Shown piece after piece: positions 29,373-39,681 of a DNA stretch of 64,000 bases. How positions within the stretch are numbered: position 1 is the stretch's first letter; every line of letters begins with the position of its first letter. The notes beneath the pieces were generated by a model, which was given only the letters and a program-made list of their open reading frames with translations, had not been told where the DNA came from and made no database searches. Origin of the DNA: Candidatus Freyarchaeum deiterrae (GTDB taxonomy: Archaea > Asgardarchaeota > Jordiarchaeia > Jordiarchaeales > Jordiarchaeaceae); contig CP147778.1 of assembly GCA_037305845.1 (NCBI GenBank), positions 2,912,001-2,976,000 on the forward strand, read 5' to 3'. The position numbers were made by a program, and so were the translations under genes.

Positions 29373-29930
29373 TTACTCGCCACTTTGCTTCCTTTTCCTC
29401 TTTTTAATCAAGTTATCAATTTTCTCCAACCTTTCTTTTATTTCGCTTAGTTCTTTATCCCCTTGAGGAATTGGGTTAGCAATTTTTTCAGTTTCTTCGG
29501 CGGAGGAAGCTTCTAGCACTTGTCCGGTACTTGATTCTTTTTCCGTCGCTGCTCCGCTTTCTTCATGCACTGGTGGGGCTGGAAGTTGTTCTTCTGGACT
29601 TCTAGACCAATCAGTATATTTTTCCTCTACACGTTTAGCGGCAGAAATTAGAACACCCTCTTTCTCGTAACTTTCCAATGCTAAGACAACATCGGGGGAA
29701 ACCTTATAGACCACCAAGTTGTTTTTCGCTAATTTTTTGACCTGAAAATCCCCCTTGTCGCAAACTGAAAAAACTTGAACTATTTTTTTAAGAGTTCCCT
29801 CTGATTCAGCCGAAAGTGTGGAATAAAGAATATTACCTGAACAATCAAGAAACGCTACATAAAATCTTCCCGGCAAAAACTGTGCCATCTTCTTCACGAT
29901 TTCACTGAAACCATTGTCCATAAGTTCCAC
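29373..29930 (-). CDS. Profilin/roadblock-like domain protein with acidic linker and short C-terminal coiled coil
   Basis: VAFLDCSGNILY...GDF...LVVYKVS resembles the N domain of 15839. Confidence 0.6.
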   Translation of the reverse strand: MELMDNGFSEIVKKMAQFLPGRFYVAFLDCSGNILYSTLSAESEGTLKKIVQVFSVCDKGDFQVKKLAKNNLVVYKVSPDVVLALESYEKEGVLISAAKRVEEKYTDWSRSPEEQLPAPPVHEESGAATEKESSTGQVLEASSAEETEKIANPIPQGDKELSEIKERLEKIDNLIKKRKRKQSGE

Positions 29931-30278
29931 CTTTCCGCGCTTTTATAAATGTTGGAGTTAAACTAAAAAAACTATGCTAATAAATCTTTTTAAAACTCTG
30001 AAAAACAAAACCAATCAAGCATACTTTCAGCCTGCAACCGCGTATTTTCTCAAATATTCTTGTGTGACACCTGCTCAGTTGAATCCATATAAAAAGACCT
30101 TAACCTTTCACTTATATCCGAAAGATGATGTCCGCCCTTCAGAATTGTAAAAATATCTTATTATACATTTTTTCGTTTGAAAAACCACTTTTAAACATGG
30201 AGGATATGAACTAAATAAAAAGAGAAAAGTATAGTTGCACCTATTTAAACAACTTATTATGCCTTTTCGATTTTTGCT

Positions 30279-30770
30279 TCAATAGAGAATCTCTGACCTT
30301 AGGCCAATTCTAATTAATCTTCCACCATAATAGGTGAGTGCTCCGCCCACAATGCCAAGAAATGGGTAAATGAATGAAAGGTATGCGAAATTAGCAGTTA
30401 TGTTATAAATCTGTAAATTCCAGAACAAAAAGATGAAAAATTCTAAGCCGCCAAGTATCAATAATATTCTACCAATCGCATTGATTCGGTTAAGAGGCTT
30501 CCTAGAAATGAGCGCTAGTAAGAGAACATATATAATAATCGAATCTATTAATCCAAAATACGCAATCAAAAGCCATTGCATGCTAATCTGTGAAACGTAG
30601 GGATAAAAATAAATCCAAAGCCCAGAAGTTAAATTATCAAATACGTTTGTGCCAAGTGGCTGAAAATTAAAAATGTTTGGCTGATACAAAAGCATCCAAA
30701 TAGATGCAATGGTCACTAGAATGACGCCGGCAATAGCCAACGAAATACCGTATTTTACACGTGAGTTCAA
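30279..30770 (-). CDS. Four-TM membrane protein
   Basis: Hydrophobic segments; SD ggggag. Confidence 0.7.
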   Translation of the reverse strand: MNSRVKYGISLAIAGVILVTIASIWMLLYQPNIFNFQPLGTNVFDNLTSGLWIYFYPYVSQISMQWLLIAYFGLIDSIIIYVLLLALISRKPLNRINAIGRILLILGGLEFFIFLFWNLQIYNITANFAYLSFIYPFLGIVGGALTYYGGRLIRIGLRSEILY

Positions 30771-31013
30771 CTTCTCAAACTCCCCTAAATTGTTTATGAA
30801 GTGGTACTCTTTCTAAAACTGTTTTTAATTTTATCTCTATCTAATAAAGGTTTCACTTTATGCAATTTAAAAACAAAAACATTCAAAAAAAGCACTAACA
30901 ACCTTTAGTAATTTGAAGAACTTTATGAAATTATAATCACAGAAAAAAGTAAGATGAATAAATCAGCAAACTATAAAATAAAAAGAGAAAAGGATGGTTT
31001 GGTCATTTAATTC

Positions 31014-31442
31014 TTATTTGGATTTCTTGGCTTTTGCTTCCTTAGTGGGTTTCTGTGGCTTTGCACCTGCTCCTGGACTCAGACCAATCTTAGCCATTAT
31101 TCCACCAATTACGGCGAGTGCTCCACCCAAAATCCCAAGGTACAGGAAACCGAAGATGTTTAGTGCCTCCAAGACTCCAAGGATAATCGCTAGTGTAAGA
31201 ATCGTGTTTATATGTTTTAAAAGCTTCTTAGCAACGAGCGCTAGAATTAGAACAACTATAATAACCGAAGCGGCGAAGCTCAAATACCCAAGCAAAACAA
31301 ATAACATGTTAGTCGATAGTCCAGCAAAAAGTGAAGTGAAAAAGCTTGGAGGAATCAGAAGCATCCAAAAGAAAGGAATGAGACCCAGAATGCCACCGAT
31401 AAGAGCCAACGGAATACCGATTTTTACGTATGTCAAATTCAA
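31014..31442 (-). CDS. Four-TM membrane protein with basic tail
   Basis: Hydrophobic segments; GILGGALAVIGG resembles GIVGGALTYYGG of its neighbour. Confidence 0.7.
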   Translation of the reverse strand: MNLTYVKIGIPLALIGGILGLIPFFWMLLIPPSFFTSLFAGLSTNMLFVLLGYLSFAASVIIVVLILALVAKKLLKHINTILTLAIILGVLEALNIFGFLYLGILGGALAVIGGIMAKIGLSPGAGAKPQKPTKEAKAKKSK

Positions 31443-31787
31443 TTTCTATAACTCCCTAACTTGCTTGTATAAATAAATAATTTAACAAAAAACAATTTAA
31501 ACATAGCCTGAATCAAATTAAGGGTTTACGTTAAATGACGTATTTAAACAAAAATACTATGAACAATCACATAACTAAACAAGAAAAGTAGAAAAGCACT
31601 CGAAAACCATGATTCAAAGATTTGGGAGGAAAACATTTGTGTCCCAAAAGAGCAAGAGAGGAAAAGGAACAATTAAAAAACAATCAAGTAAAATAGAAGA
31701 TATTTAACTTACCACTTATTGATTTTCGCAAATACTATGCAGTTAGTCGTGCAAAGCGAAACAATACCTACCCATGGGATGATTAAC

Positions 31788-33542
31788 ATGGCTGTGTCAC
31801 AAAAGGTTAGAGTAAATTGGAGGGATTGGAATGAGGAGGCCTTCAAAGTAGCCGAAAGGGAAGGCAAGTTGATACTACTCAATCTCTCGGCCACCTGGTG
31901 CTATTGGTGTCGTGTAATGGATGAAACTTCTTATTCCGATCCTGAGATTATTGATATTATTAATTCAAAATTTATTCCGGTACTGGTTAATATCGACCGG
32001 AGACCGGACATTGCTGAGCGTTACAATTTTGGTGGTTCTCCTACAACCGCTTTCCTAACTCCTGAGGGTGAAGTTGTTACCGGAGGTACGTATATTCCTA
32101 CGGAGAAGCTTAAACCCATGCTGGGGCAGGTTAGGGAATTTTACGAGACTAATAAGGCTTCTATTAAGGGGAAAATATCAGAGTTACAGAAGACCAGAGC
32201 TAGGGCGGAAACCACCGCGGTTGAGACGGGGGAGTTATCCGAATCCATAGTTCAGGACATAGTGGACAGGGTCGTTGATGGTTTCGATTCAATGTATGGG
32301 GGCTTCGGAACTAAGCCCAAGCTTCCTATGTCTGAGGCTATAGAGTTGGTGCTATCTCAGTACCAGTTGAAAAAGGATGATGTTCTCCTTTACATCGCGA
32401 CGAAAACTCTGGATGAGATGCGCCGCCGCAACATTTGTGATAGGATTGCTGGCGGATTTTTCAGATACTCTATGGCTCAGGACTGGTCGAGTCCCCATTA
32501 CGAGAAAATTTTGCAGAGCAACGCTCAGCTTCTCAGGAACTATATTCACGCTTATCAGGTTACGGGAAAAGCGGAATACACTGAAACCTCTAGGTCAATC
32601 ATTGGATATGTTAGTTCAACACTCTCTGACAAAGAGAACGGTGGATTCTACGGAAGCCAAGCCGCGGATGAGCAGTATTATAAACTGCCTAAAGATGAGA
32701 GAGTGAACGCAAGCTCTCCTCAGGTGGACAAAACTATTTACACCGACTGGAATGCACTAATGGTTTCTGCTTATCTAGAAGCCTATGCGATACTAGGAAT
32801 TGAGGAGTGCAGAAAATTTGCGGTGAAAACCCTCGAATTTATAGCGGATAAACTTTACCAGAAAGGTGTCGGCATGTACCATTACTTTGATGGCGAACCC
32901 AAAGTAGCTATGCTTCTTAACGATAACTTGTTTTTCTCAAGAACTCTTATTGATGCTTACCAGATCCTAGGCGAGAAGACTCACCTAGAGCAGGCAGAAG
33001 AGATAGCTGATTTCATTCTAGATAACTTTGTAGATATGCAGAGAGGCGGGGTATTTGACAGCTTGCCCGACGTAAACGCGATTGGATTACTTAAGAATAG
33101 AGGAAAAGTCATCATGCAGAATGGATTAGCAGCTGATATGTTTAACACGCTATACCACCTCACCGATAAAAAAATGTACCACTCTGTAGCCGAGGTTACA
33201 CTAACTGCTTTCGCAAAAACCTACCAATCCCATGAACTATACGCCACCGCGTATGCTCAAGCAGTAGATAGGTTTCTTAACCCTGCAGTCAAAATAGTAG
33301 TAATCGGACCCAAATCCGACGATAAAACCCACGAACTACACACCAAAGCACTGAACATATTCGAACCCAGGAGAATTGTGGAACTGCTGGACCCAGAAGA
33401 GGACAAGGAGAAAATACAGAAATCAAACTTTCCCGAAATCGCAGAGCCCGCAGTCTACGCTTGTATAGAAAACTCGTGCTCCCCACCAATAAAAGAGCCA
33501 GACAACGTTTTGCTAAAACTGAAACAATTCATAAGCAGATAG
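31788..33542 (+). CDS. Thioredoxin-domain protein, YyaL/DUF255/SPATA20 family
   Basis: WCYWCRVMDETSY, DRRPDI, GGFFRYS, PHYEK and YTDWNALM motifs. Confidence 0.92.
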   Translation: MAVSQKVRVNWRDWNEEAFKVAEREGKLILLNLSATWCYWCRVMDETSYSDPEIIDIINSKFIPVLVNIDRRPDIAERYNFGGSPTTAFLTPEGEVVTGGTYIPTEKLKPMLGQVREFYETNKASIKGKISELQKTRARAETTAVETGELSESIVQDIVDRVVDGFDSMYGGFGTKPKLPMSEAIELVLSQYQLKKDDVLLYIATKTLDEMRRRNICDRIAGGFFRYSMAQDWSSPHYEKILQSNAQLLRNYIHAYQVTGKAEYTETSRSIIGYVSSTLSDKENGGFYGSQAADEQYYKLPKDERVNASSPQVDKTIYTDWNALMVSAYLEAYAILGIEECRKFAVKTLEFIADKLYQKGVGMYHYFDGEPKVAMLLNDNLFFSRTLIDAYQILGEKTHLEQAEEIADFILDNFVDMQRGGVFDSLPDVNAIGLLKNRGKVIMQNGLAADMFNTLYHLTDKKMYHSVAEVTLTAFAKTYQSHELYATAYAQAVDRFLNPAVKIVVIGPKSDDKTHELHTKALNIFEPRRIVELLDPEEDKEKIQKSNFPEIAEPAVYACIENSCSPPIKEPDNVLLKLKQFISR

Positions 33543-33785
33543 CAAATTCACCCCGGAGGAAAAAAATCTTCTTCGCAATAGTCTCTCGCTTGGTTTTTGA
33601 TAGTATCTCGGGTGGTAATTTCAAAAATTCATAGATAATTGCGTAAAAAAATACCCTGATTTAAGCCTTTAATCAGCGCAGTAAAAAGACTTGTTTTCAT
33701 GGGTGATGCTAAAGAACTAGAAATAGAAATTAAGGACGATTAAAACAAGACTCGCTTTGTTTCTATGCCTATCTATTTTTTCTGC

Positions 33786-35054
33786 CTATCTAGTGTTTTT
33801 CGCCGCTTTTCTCTTTCTGGAAATTGTGGGTGCTACTTTTTGCTGTTTTTTACGCCTTTTCTTTTTCTTCATTATTTCCTGCATATAAGCCTGAGAGATG
33901 ATAACCACCACTACCAGTGTTACAGTGTAGAAATAGAACATTGACTCGAATCCCAAATAAGAACTCATTAGAGCTCCAATCACCGGTCCAACACTATATC
34001 CAACATAATAAGCCAAGTCGAAGAGTGAATTGGCGGTTGCGTATGCTTCGACGCCGCCTTCCTGAAGAGACTCTATAGCTAGGGGTGTCAAGGGTGTCCA
34101 GGCTATAGTTCCTACAGCTGAGTTGGCCATTATACATAGTGTTAAACTCACCGGGTCGTTGCAGAAGGGTATAAGCAGATTTATCACGGCGAGTGCAGCC
34201 ATTCCTCCCACTATGAACTTTTTTCTTCCGTATCTATCAGACAGTCTGCCAGCTAATGGTCGAAGTGCCGCATAGGTTAGAGATGCCAGTCCAAAAACTA
34301 AACCTATCTGTGAACTAGAGAGACTGAAACGCCCGGACAGATACGGTGGCATAAACGGCTCAAGGAATCCCCAGAAAATTGTTGTTAAACCATTTATTAT
34401 TATCAGTATGATCACATTTCTGATTCCGAGAGCCTTCCTTAGTATCTGTCTGTAAGGTAATGTCTCCACAACCGTTTTGCCTCTAGTCTCCCTCAATCTA
34501 AAAAACATGTAAACGCCCACAGCTAGAGAAAATGACGCACTTAGTAGAAAAGGATAATTAAAATTTAACTGAGCTAAGACTCCCCCCACCAATGGTCCCG
34601 CGATACCACCCACACCCGTTACTCCGGCTGCTATTCCTATTTTTTCTCCCTTATCTTTTCCAGGATATGTGTCTGCAACTAATGCTAGAGCTGAAGACCA
34701 AGTAGCCGAGGCCGCTAACCCCTGCACCGCCCTGCCCAACACGAGCAAGGGTACGCTTCGGGCTAGGGGATAGAGCAGCGAAGACACACCCAAGAGAATC
34801 ATCCCCGCAATCATGAAGGGTCTTCTACCGTAACGGTCGGACATCAACCCAAAGGGAATAACGGTTACCAACTGCACCAAGGCGTAAGAGGAGAAGATTA
34901 GTGCCAGGTCAAAATCAGTGGCACCTAGTGTCATTGCGTACTGGGGGAGAAAAGGAACTATGAGTCCGTATCCCAACGTATCTATAAACGCACTGAGGCA
35001 AACAATCACCAAGATCTCCGATGAGGGATTGAAGCGTCTCCGAGGTATCCGCAA
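33786..35054 (-). CDS. MFS transporter (DHA1/SLC18-like), paralog 1
   Basis: 12 TM; GLMSDRYGRR and GRLSDRYGRK motif A. Confidence 0.93.
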   Translation of the reverse strand: MRIPRRRFNPSSEILVIVCLSAFIDTLGYGLIVPFLPQYAMTLGATDFDLALIFSSYALVQLVTVIPFGLMSDRYGRRPFMIAGMILLGVSSLLYPLARSVPLLVLGRAVQGLAASATWSSALALVADTYPGKDKGEKIGIAAGVTGVGGIAGPLVGGVLAQLNFNYPFLLSASFSLAVGVYMFFRLRETRGKTVVETLPYRQILRKALGIRNVIILIIINGLTTIFWGFLEPFMPPYLSGRFSLSSSQIGLVFGLASLTYAALRPLAGRLSDRYGRKKFIVGGMAALAVINLLIPFCNDPVSLTLCIMANSAVGTIAWTPLTPLAIESLQEGGVEAYATANSLFDLAYYVGYSVGPVIGALMSSYLGFESMFYFYTVTLVVVVIISQAYMQEIMKKKKRRKKQQKVAPTISRKRKAAKNTR

Positions 35055-35323
35055 AAAAATCCGCCCTGAAAAACCTGTTCGAGTACACTCACAAAAATAA
35101 GTACCTTGATACTTTTTAAAGCTTTCAAATTATACTAATGAAGAATAGCTCGGTTACACTTACAAAAAAAAGAATTATACGCAGTTTTTTCCATAGAGAG
35201 CAGGGGAACCCGTTTTAGTATGGGGAAGAAACGGTAACAATAATCATTTGCAGGAATTGTTTTAAGGGATTTAACCGAGCATTGAGCAATCTTAACCTTT
35301 TCGTATATTCATTGCTTCAATTT

Positions 35324-36634
35324 TTAGATTGTTTCCACCTGTTCTTTGTGATTCAACCGTCTTCTCCGGGAAATTTCCAGCTCAACTATTGGTCTCTTTA
35401 CTCTCGCTTTCTTCTTTTTTATTTCCTGCATATAGGCCTGTGAGAAAATGAGACATATCACCAGTATCAAACTGTAAAAGATGAACATAGACTCAAACCC
35501 GAAATAAGAACTCATAAAAGATCCAACTACAGGACCGATACTATAACCCACATAAAATGCTATGTCGAAGAGTGATTGCACAGTGGCGTAGGCTCCAATA
35601 CCCCGGTTCTGAAGAGAATCTATAACTAAGGGTGTCAATGGCGTCCAAGCTACAGCTGCCAGAGCTGAGGAAAGCACCATGAAAAACGTTAAGCTAACCG
35701 TATCCCAGCTGAAGGGTATTATAGCGTTTACTAGTGCCATGAGAATCATTCCACCTATTATGAACTTCTTTCTCCCGTATTTATCCGATAGTCTGCCGAC
35801 TAGTGGCTGAATTATCGCGTAGGCGAAAGTCATCCCTCCAAAAACCAAACCTATCTGAGTGCTTGAGAGCGAAAACCTTCCAGACAGGTAGGGAGGCATT
35901 AACGGCTCAATGAATCCCCAGAAAATTGTTGTTAAAACGTTAATAATTATGATTATGAGTACGTTTCTAATTTTGAGGGATTCCCCAATCATCTTCCTAT
36001 AAGGAACTCTCTCCACCGATTCTCGTCTCTTTTCAACCTTCAGCCTGAAAGCCATATAGACGAACATGGCTATACAAGCCGAGCCGATTATCAGAAAGGG
36101 ATAGTTAAAATTTACACTTGATATGACTCCTCCCGCCAGGGGGCCAGCTATACTGCCCATATTGGTCACACCGCTTGCGAGTCCCAGTTTTGCACCCTTA
36201 TCTTTTCCCGGATACATGTCTGCAACTAACGCTGTAGCCGAAGACCAGGTTGCCGAAGCCGCTAAACCCTGCACAGCTCTACACAAAATCATCATTGATA
36301 CGTTTCGGGCTAGGGGATAGAGTAGCGAAGCAGCACCCAAAAGAAGCATTCCCATAATCATGAAGGGTCTCCTACCGTAACGGTCGGACATCAACCCAAA
36401 GGGAATAACGGTTACCAACTGCACCAAGGCATAGGAGGCGAAAATTATGCCCACCTCTAGGTCAGACGCGCCAAGGGAAATGGCGTACTGTGGAAGAAAA
36501 GGAATTATAATTCCATAAGCCAATGAATCTATAAACGCACATATACAAACTATCACCAGTATCTCCGTTGAGGGGGACATCTTCTTGAATGTTCTCTGCA
36601 AATGAATCGCCCCCAATAAAATCTTTTCGCCCAT
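35324..36634 (-). CDS. MFS transporter, paralog 2
   Basis: Same motifs; highly similar to paralog 1; true start probably slightly downstream. Confidence 0.93.
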   Translation of the reverse strand: MGEKILLGAIHLQRTFKKMSPSTEILVIVCICAFIDSLAYGIIIPFLPQYAISLGASDLEVGIIFASYALVQLVTVIPFGLMSDRYGRRPFMIMGMLLLGAASLLYPLARNVSMMILCRAVQGLAASATWSSATALVADMYPGKDKGAKLGLASGVTNMGSIAGPLAGGVISSVNFNYPFLIIGSACIAMFVYMAFRLKVEKRRESVERVPYRKMIGESLKIRNVLIIIIINVLTTIFWGFIEPLMPPYLSGRFSLSSTQIGLVFGGMTFAYAIIQPLVGRLSDKYGRKKFIIGGMILMALVNAIIPFSWDTVSLTFFMVLSSALAAVAWTPLTPLVIDSLQNRGIGAYATVQSLFDIAFYVGYSIGPVVGSFMSSYFGFESMFIFYSLILVICLIFSQAYMQEIKKKKARVKRPIVELEISRRRRLNHKEQVETI

Positions 36635-36728
36635 ATAGATTAGTCTTGAAATTTTTTTAAGGCTAACCCATTTAAAAGCCTAACCATCGAGGCATTTTGG
36701 ATTTGCTTTTTAGAAATTATTTGCTAAT

Positions 36729-37976
36729 TTACAAATCTTTCTTGGAAAGCTTTCTAGTGAATATTCCCTTCTCGATTATCAAGATTTGAGTGATTATTAT
36801 CATTATAACAAGTATTCCACTAAAAACCCAGAAGATGGATTCGAAACCAAAGTAAGAAGTTATGAGCACCCCCAGCATGGGACCAATGCTGTAACCCATA
36901 GTGTACGCGATGTTGAAGAGACCAGAAGCGGTTCCAAAGCTTTCCATTTTTTTACTCCTCAAGGAGTCCACCGCCAGGGGCATCAGTGGGGAAAAGGCCA
37001 AAGCCCAGAAGATTCCTGTAATCCCTAGTATTAGGAAAAGTAAGGGGACACTGGAAGCATAAGGAATTAATGGACTCAGTACACTTAAAGCCACAAGCCC
37101 GCTTACAATAAACACTTTTCTTCCATACCTGTCAGACAGCCTGCCCACAATAGGCTGGAAAACAGCAAATGTTAGAAAAGCCACCCCGAAAAATAATCCA
37201 ATCTCCGAACTGGGCATAAAAAATCTTCCATGCAAGTAGGGCGGCATAAGAGGCTCGGTGAATCCAAAAAATATTGCTATCATACTGTTAATACCCACAA
37301 CTATCAAAACATTCCTAACTCTGGTGGCTCTCCCCAGCATTTTCCGGTAAGGGATAGACGCTTCCACAGGTTCCTTTTTCGCTAAATGCAACCTAGCAAT
37401 CATATAGAGAGCTGCTGCTAGAGCTATGGAACCCAAAATGAAGAATGGTAAACCAAAATTGATGCCCCCCAAAATTCCGCCCACAACCGGTCCGGCAACG
37501 CTGCCCATACCAACGGCTCCGTTCGCAATACCCAGCTTTTCACCCTTATCACTTCCCGGATAGGTATCCGCTACAAGAGCCAAGGCGGAAGACCAAGTCG
37601 CAGAAGCAGCCAACCCCTGAACCGCTCTGCAAGCTACCAATGTCAAGACGCTCTTAGCGAAGGGATAATACAGGAAAGAAGCTGCCAGCAGAATCATTCC
37701 CACTATCATGAATCTTCTCCGCCCATATCTATCCGAAAGCAACCCGAAGGGTATCGTAGTAATGAGCTGTACTATTGCAAACGCGGAAAAAATCAGAGCT
37801 AGATCAAAATCCGAGGCACCCAGAGATAAGACGTATGTTGAAAGAATCGGAACCACTATTCCGTAACCAGTGGAATCTACAAAAAGACTTAGAAATGCGA
37901 CTCCCAAAATTTCTCTAGCTGAAGTAGTTGAAGTCACCCTGAGTTTCAAAGAATCCTCACCATAACCTTCCAGCAC
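36729..37976 (-). CDS. MFS transporter, paralog 3
   Basis: Same motifs, including AVQGLAASATWSSA. Confidence 0.93.
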   Translation of the reverse strand: MLEGYGEDSLKLRVTSTTSAREILGVAFLSLFVDSTGYGIVVPILSTYVLSLGASDFDLALIFSAFAIVQLITTIPFGLLSDRYGRRRFMIVGMILLAASFLYYPFAKSVLTLVACRAVQGLAASATWSSALALVADTYPGSDKGEKLGIANGAVGMGSVAGPVVGGILGGINFGLPFFILGSIALAAALYMIARLHLAKKEPVEASIPYRKMLGRATRVRNVLIVVGINSMIAIFFGFTEPLMPPYLHGRFFMPSSEIGLFFGVAFLTFAVFQPIVGRLSDRYGRKVFIVSGLVALSVLSPLIPYASSVPLLFLILGITGIFWALAFSPLMPLAVDSLRSKKMESFGTASGLFNIAYTMGYSIGPMLGVLITSYFGFESIFWVFSGILVIMIIITQILIIEKGIFTRKLSKKDL

Positions 37977-38155
37977 CGCAGCTGCCGCAAATCAAGTTAC
38001 AAACTTTACACTAAGCTATTATACTTTTCCTAACTCTTATCACTCGGACGATAATTTTTCAACTAGACAGCGGAGCGAAAAAATACCCTGTGTCCTTACT
38101 AAATTTTGATAGTGGAGAAATCTTGATAAAGGATTTAATGTCGTAATAAATCGGG

Positions 38156-38563
38156 GTGATAAATTTGAAAGGATATGTAGCCGTTATTGAGAAAGAAACG
38201 AAGAAAAACACTGATTTCCGCCGTGTACTGTACACTGGGAAGTACAGTCAGCTAGTACTCATGAGCCTTAAGCCTGGTGAAGAAATAGGTTCAGAAACCC
38301 ATGAGGATGTTGATCAATTCTTTCGATTTGAGGAAGGGGAAGGAAAAGTGGTAATTGACGATGTAGAAAGCCGTGTCAAGGACGGATACGCAGTCATCGT
38401 ACCAGCGGGTGCTAAACATAATGTAATCAATACCTCTAAGAGCGTTAATCTCAAACTTTACACGATTTACTCGCCACCCGAACACCAAGATGGCGTAGTG
38501 CGCCACACCAAAAAAGAAGCGATGGCTAGCGAGGAACATTTTGACGGAAAAACTACAGAATAG
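38156..38563 (+). CDS. Cupin domain protein
   Basis: EIGSETHEDVDQFF and VPAGAKHNVIN motifs; likely start TTG 38165. Confidence 0.9.
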   Translation: MINLKGYVAVIEKETKKNTDFRRVLYTGKYSQLVLMSLKPGEEIGSETHEDVDQFFRFEEGEGKVVIDDVESRVKDGYAVIVPAGAKHNVINTSKSVNLKLYTIYSPPEHQDGVVRHTKKEAMASEEHFDGKTTE

Positions 38564-39049
38564 CTCAATGTTCAATGTTCAGTGCAATATTTTTTTCTAT
38601 TATTTTTTCTTTTACGAAAAATCTATTATCTTCTCTCATTCCTACTACGTAAACAGGTAATGGAGTTTTAACGTTAGTAAAGACTTCTTTCGGTTTGTCA
38701 GAGTTTAAATAATCAGCCAGTCAGGTCAGCTTGCATTGAGATTAAGAGTTTATTCCACACTCAAACCTTAAAAGAACATGCGTCATAAAAATTTTTATTT
38801 AATGCTAAAAAATGGGTTATGCCTTCGGTTAAGAAAATGGCCCTAGACTAGCAGGGTAACTTTTGTTTCATCGCAAAAAAATGAAAAATAATTTTCTTTT
38901 AATTTTAATGCGCCCAGGGCATACGGGGCAAAAAACCCACCCCACAGTTTACTTATACAATGTCAATTAACATCATATAAAAAATCAATAACAAAAAAAA
39001 ACACAAAAATAGACAGAAGAGTGAGTAAGGGCAAACTCCCCTGTTTCCC

Positions 39050-39508
39050 TTACTTCTCTTTTACATCTACTTCTACAGGCTTATCAACCGGGGTCGGTTC
39101 CTTCTTCATAACTTTTACTGTTAGAATGCCGTTCTTAGCTTCTGCTATCACCTTATCAGCAATAACTTCATCTGGGAAGCAAACGGTTCTACCGAATTCA
39201 TAAGGTCGTTCTCTGAATAAGTACTTCTTGTCCCCCTCCTCCTTAATTTCGCCACTAATTTCCAAATAGTCCTTGCTGAGATTAACCTTTATATCGTCCT
39301 TTGAAAGTCCAGGAATTTCTGCAGTGATGGTATAGCTGTCACCATTGTCTTCCAAATCGATTCTCGGATAACAACCTCCAGATGATCGGTATTCTATGAT
39401 TCGTCTTGAAGGCAATACTTCAAGCAAAGGACCAAATACCCCGTAAGTGCTGTAGAGTACGTCATCTGGCTCACAAGCCACTACATCTCCATAGTCTACG
39501 AAACTCAT
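39050..39508 (-). CDS. Small heat-shock protein (Hsp20/alpha-crystallin)
   Basis: AEIPGLSKDDIKV and AEAKNGILTV motifs. Confidence 0.92.
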   Translation of the reverse strand: MSFVDYGDVVACEPDDVLYSTYGVFGPLLEVLPSRRIIEYRSSGGCYPRIDLEDNGDSYTITAEIPGLSKDDIKVNLSKDYLEISGEIKEEGDKKYLFRERPYEFGRTVCFPDEVIADKVIAEAKNGILTVKVMKKEPTPVDKPVEVDVKEK

Positions 39509-39537
39509 GTATTTTTCCTCCAGTTTACTTCATTTAT

Positions 39538-39590
39538 TAGTATACACAATCTAGTTGTATACTAGGAGTAAATATATATAAACCTTTCCA
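39538..39590 (-). promoter_or_regulatory. hsp20 promoter: BRE/TATA plus perfect 9-9-9 inverted repeat
   Basis: Minus strand ggaaagg-TTTATATA near 39575-39589; TAGTATACA-N9-TGTATACTA at 39538-39564. Confidence 0.65.
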
Positions 39591-39681
39591 CCGGCAAACC
39601 AATTATCCAAAAACTGTATCGAAAAAAGAAAGTAAAAAGAGCTATGCGAATCTCCAGATTCTATTCTAGTACAGGAGAATG

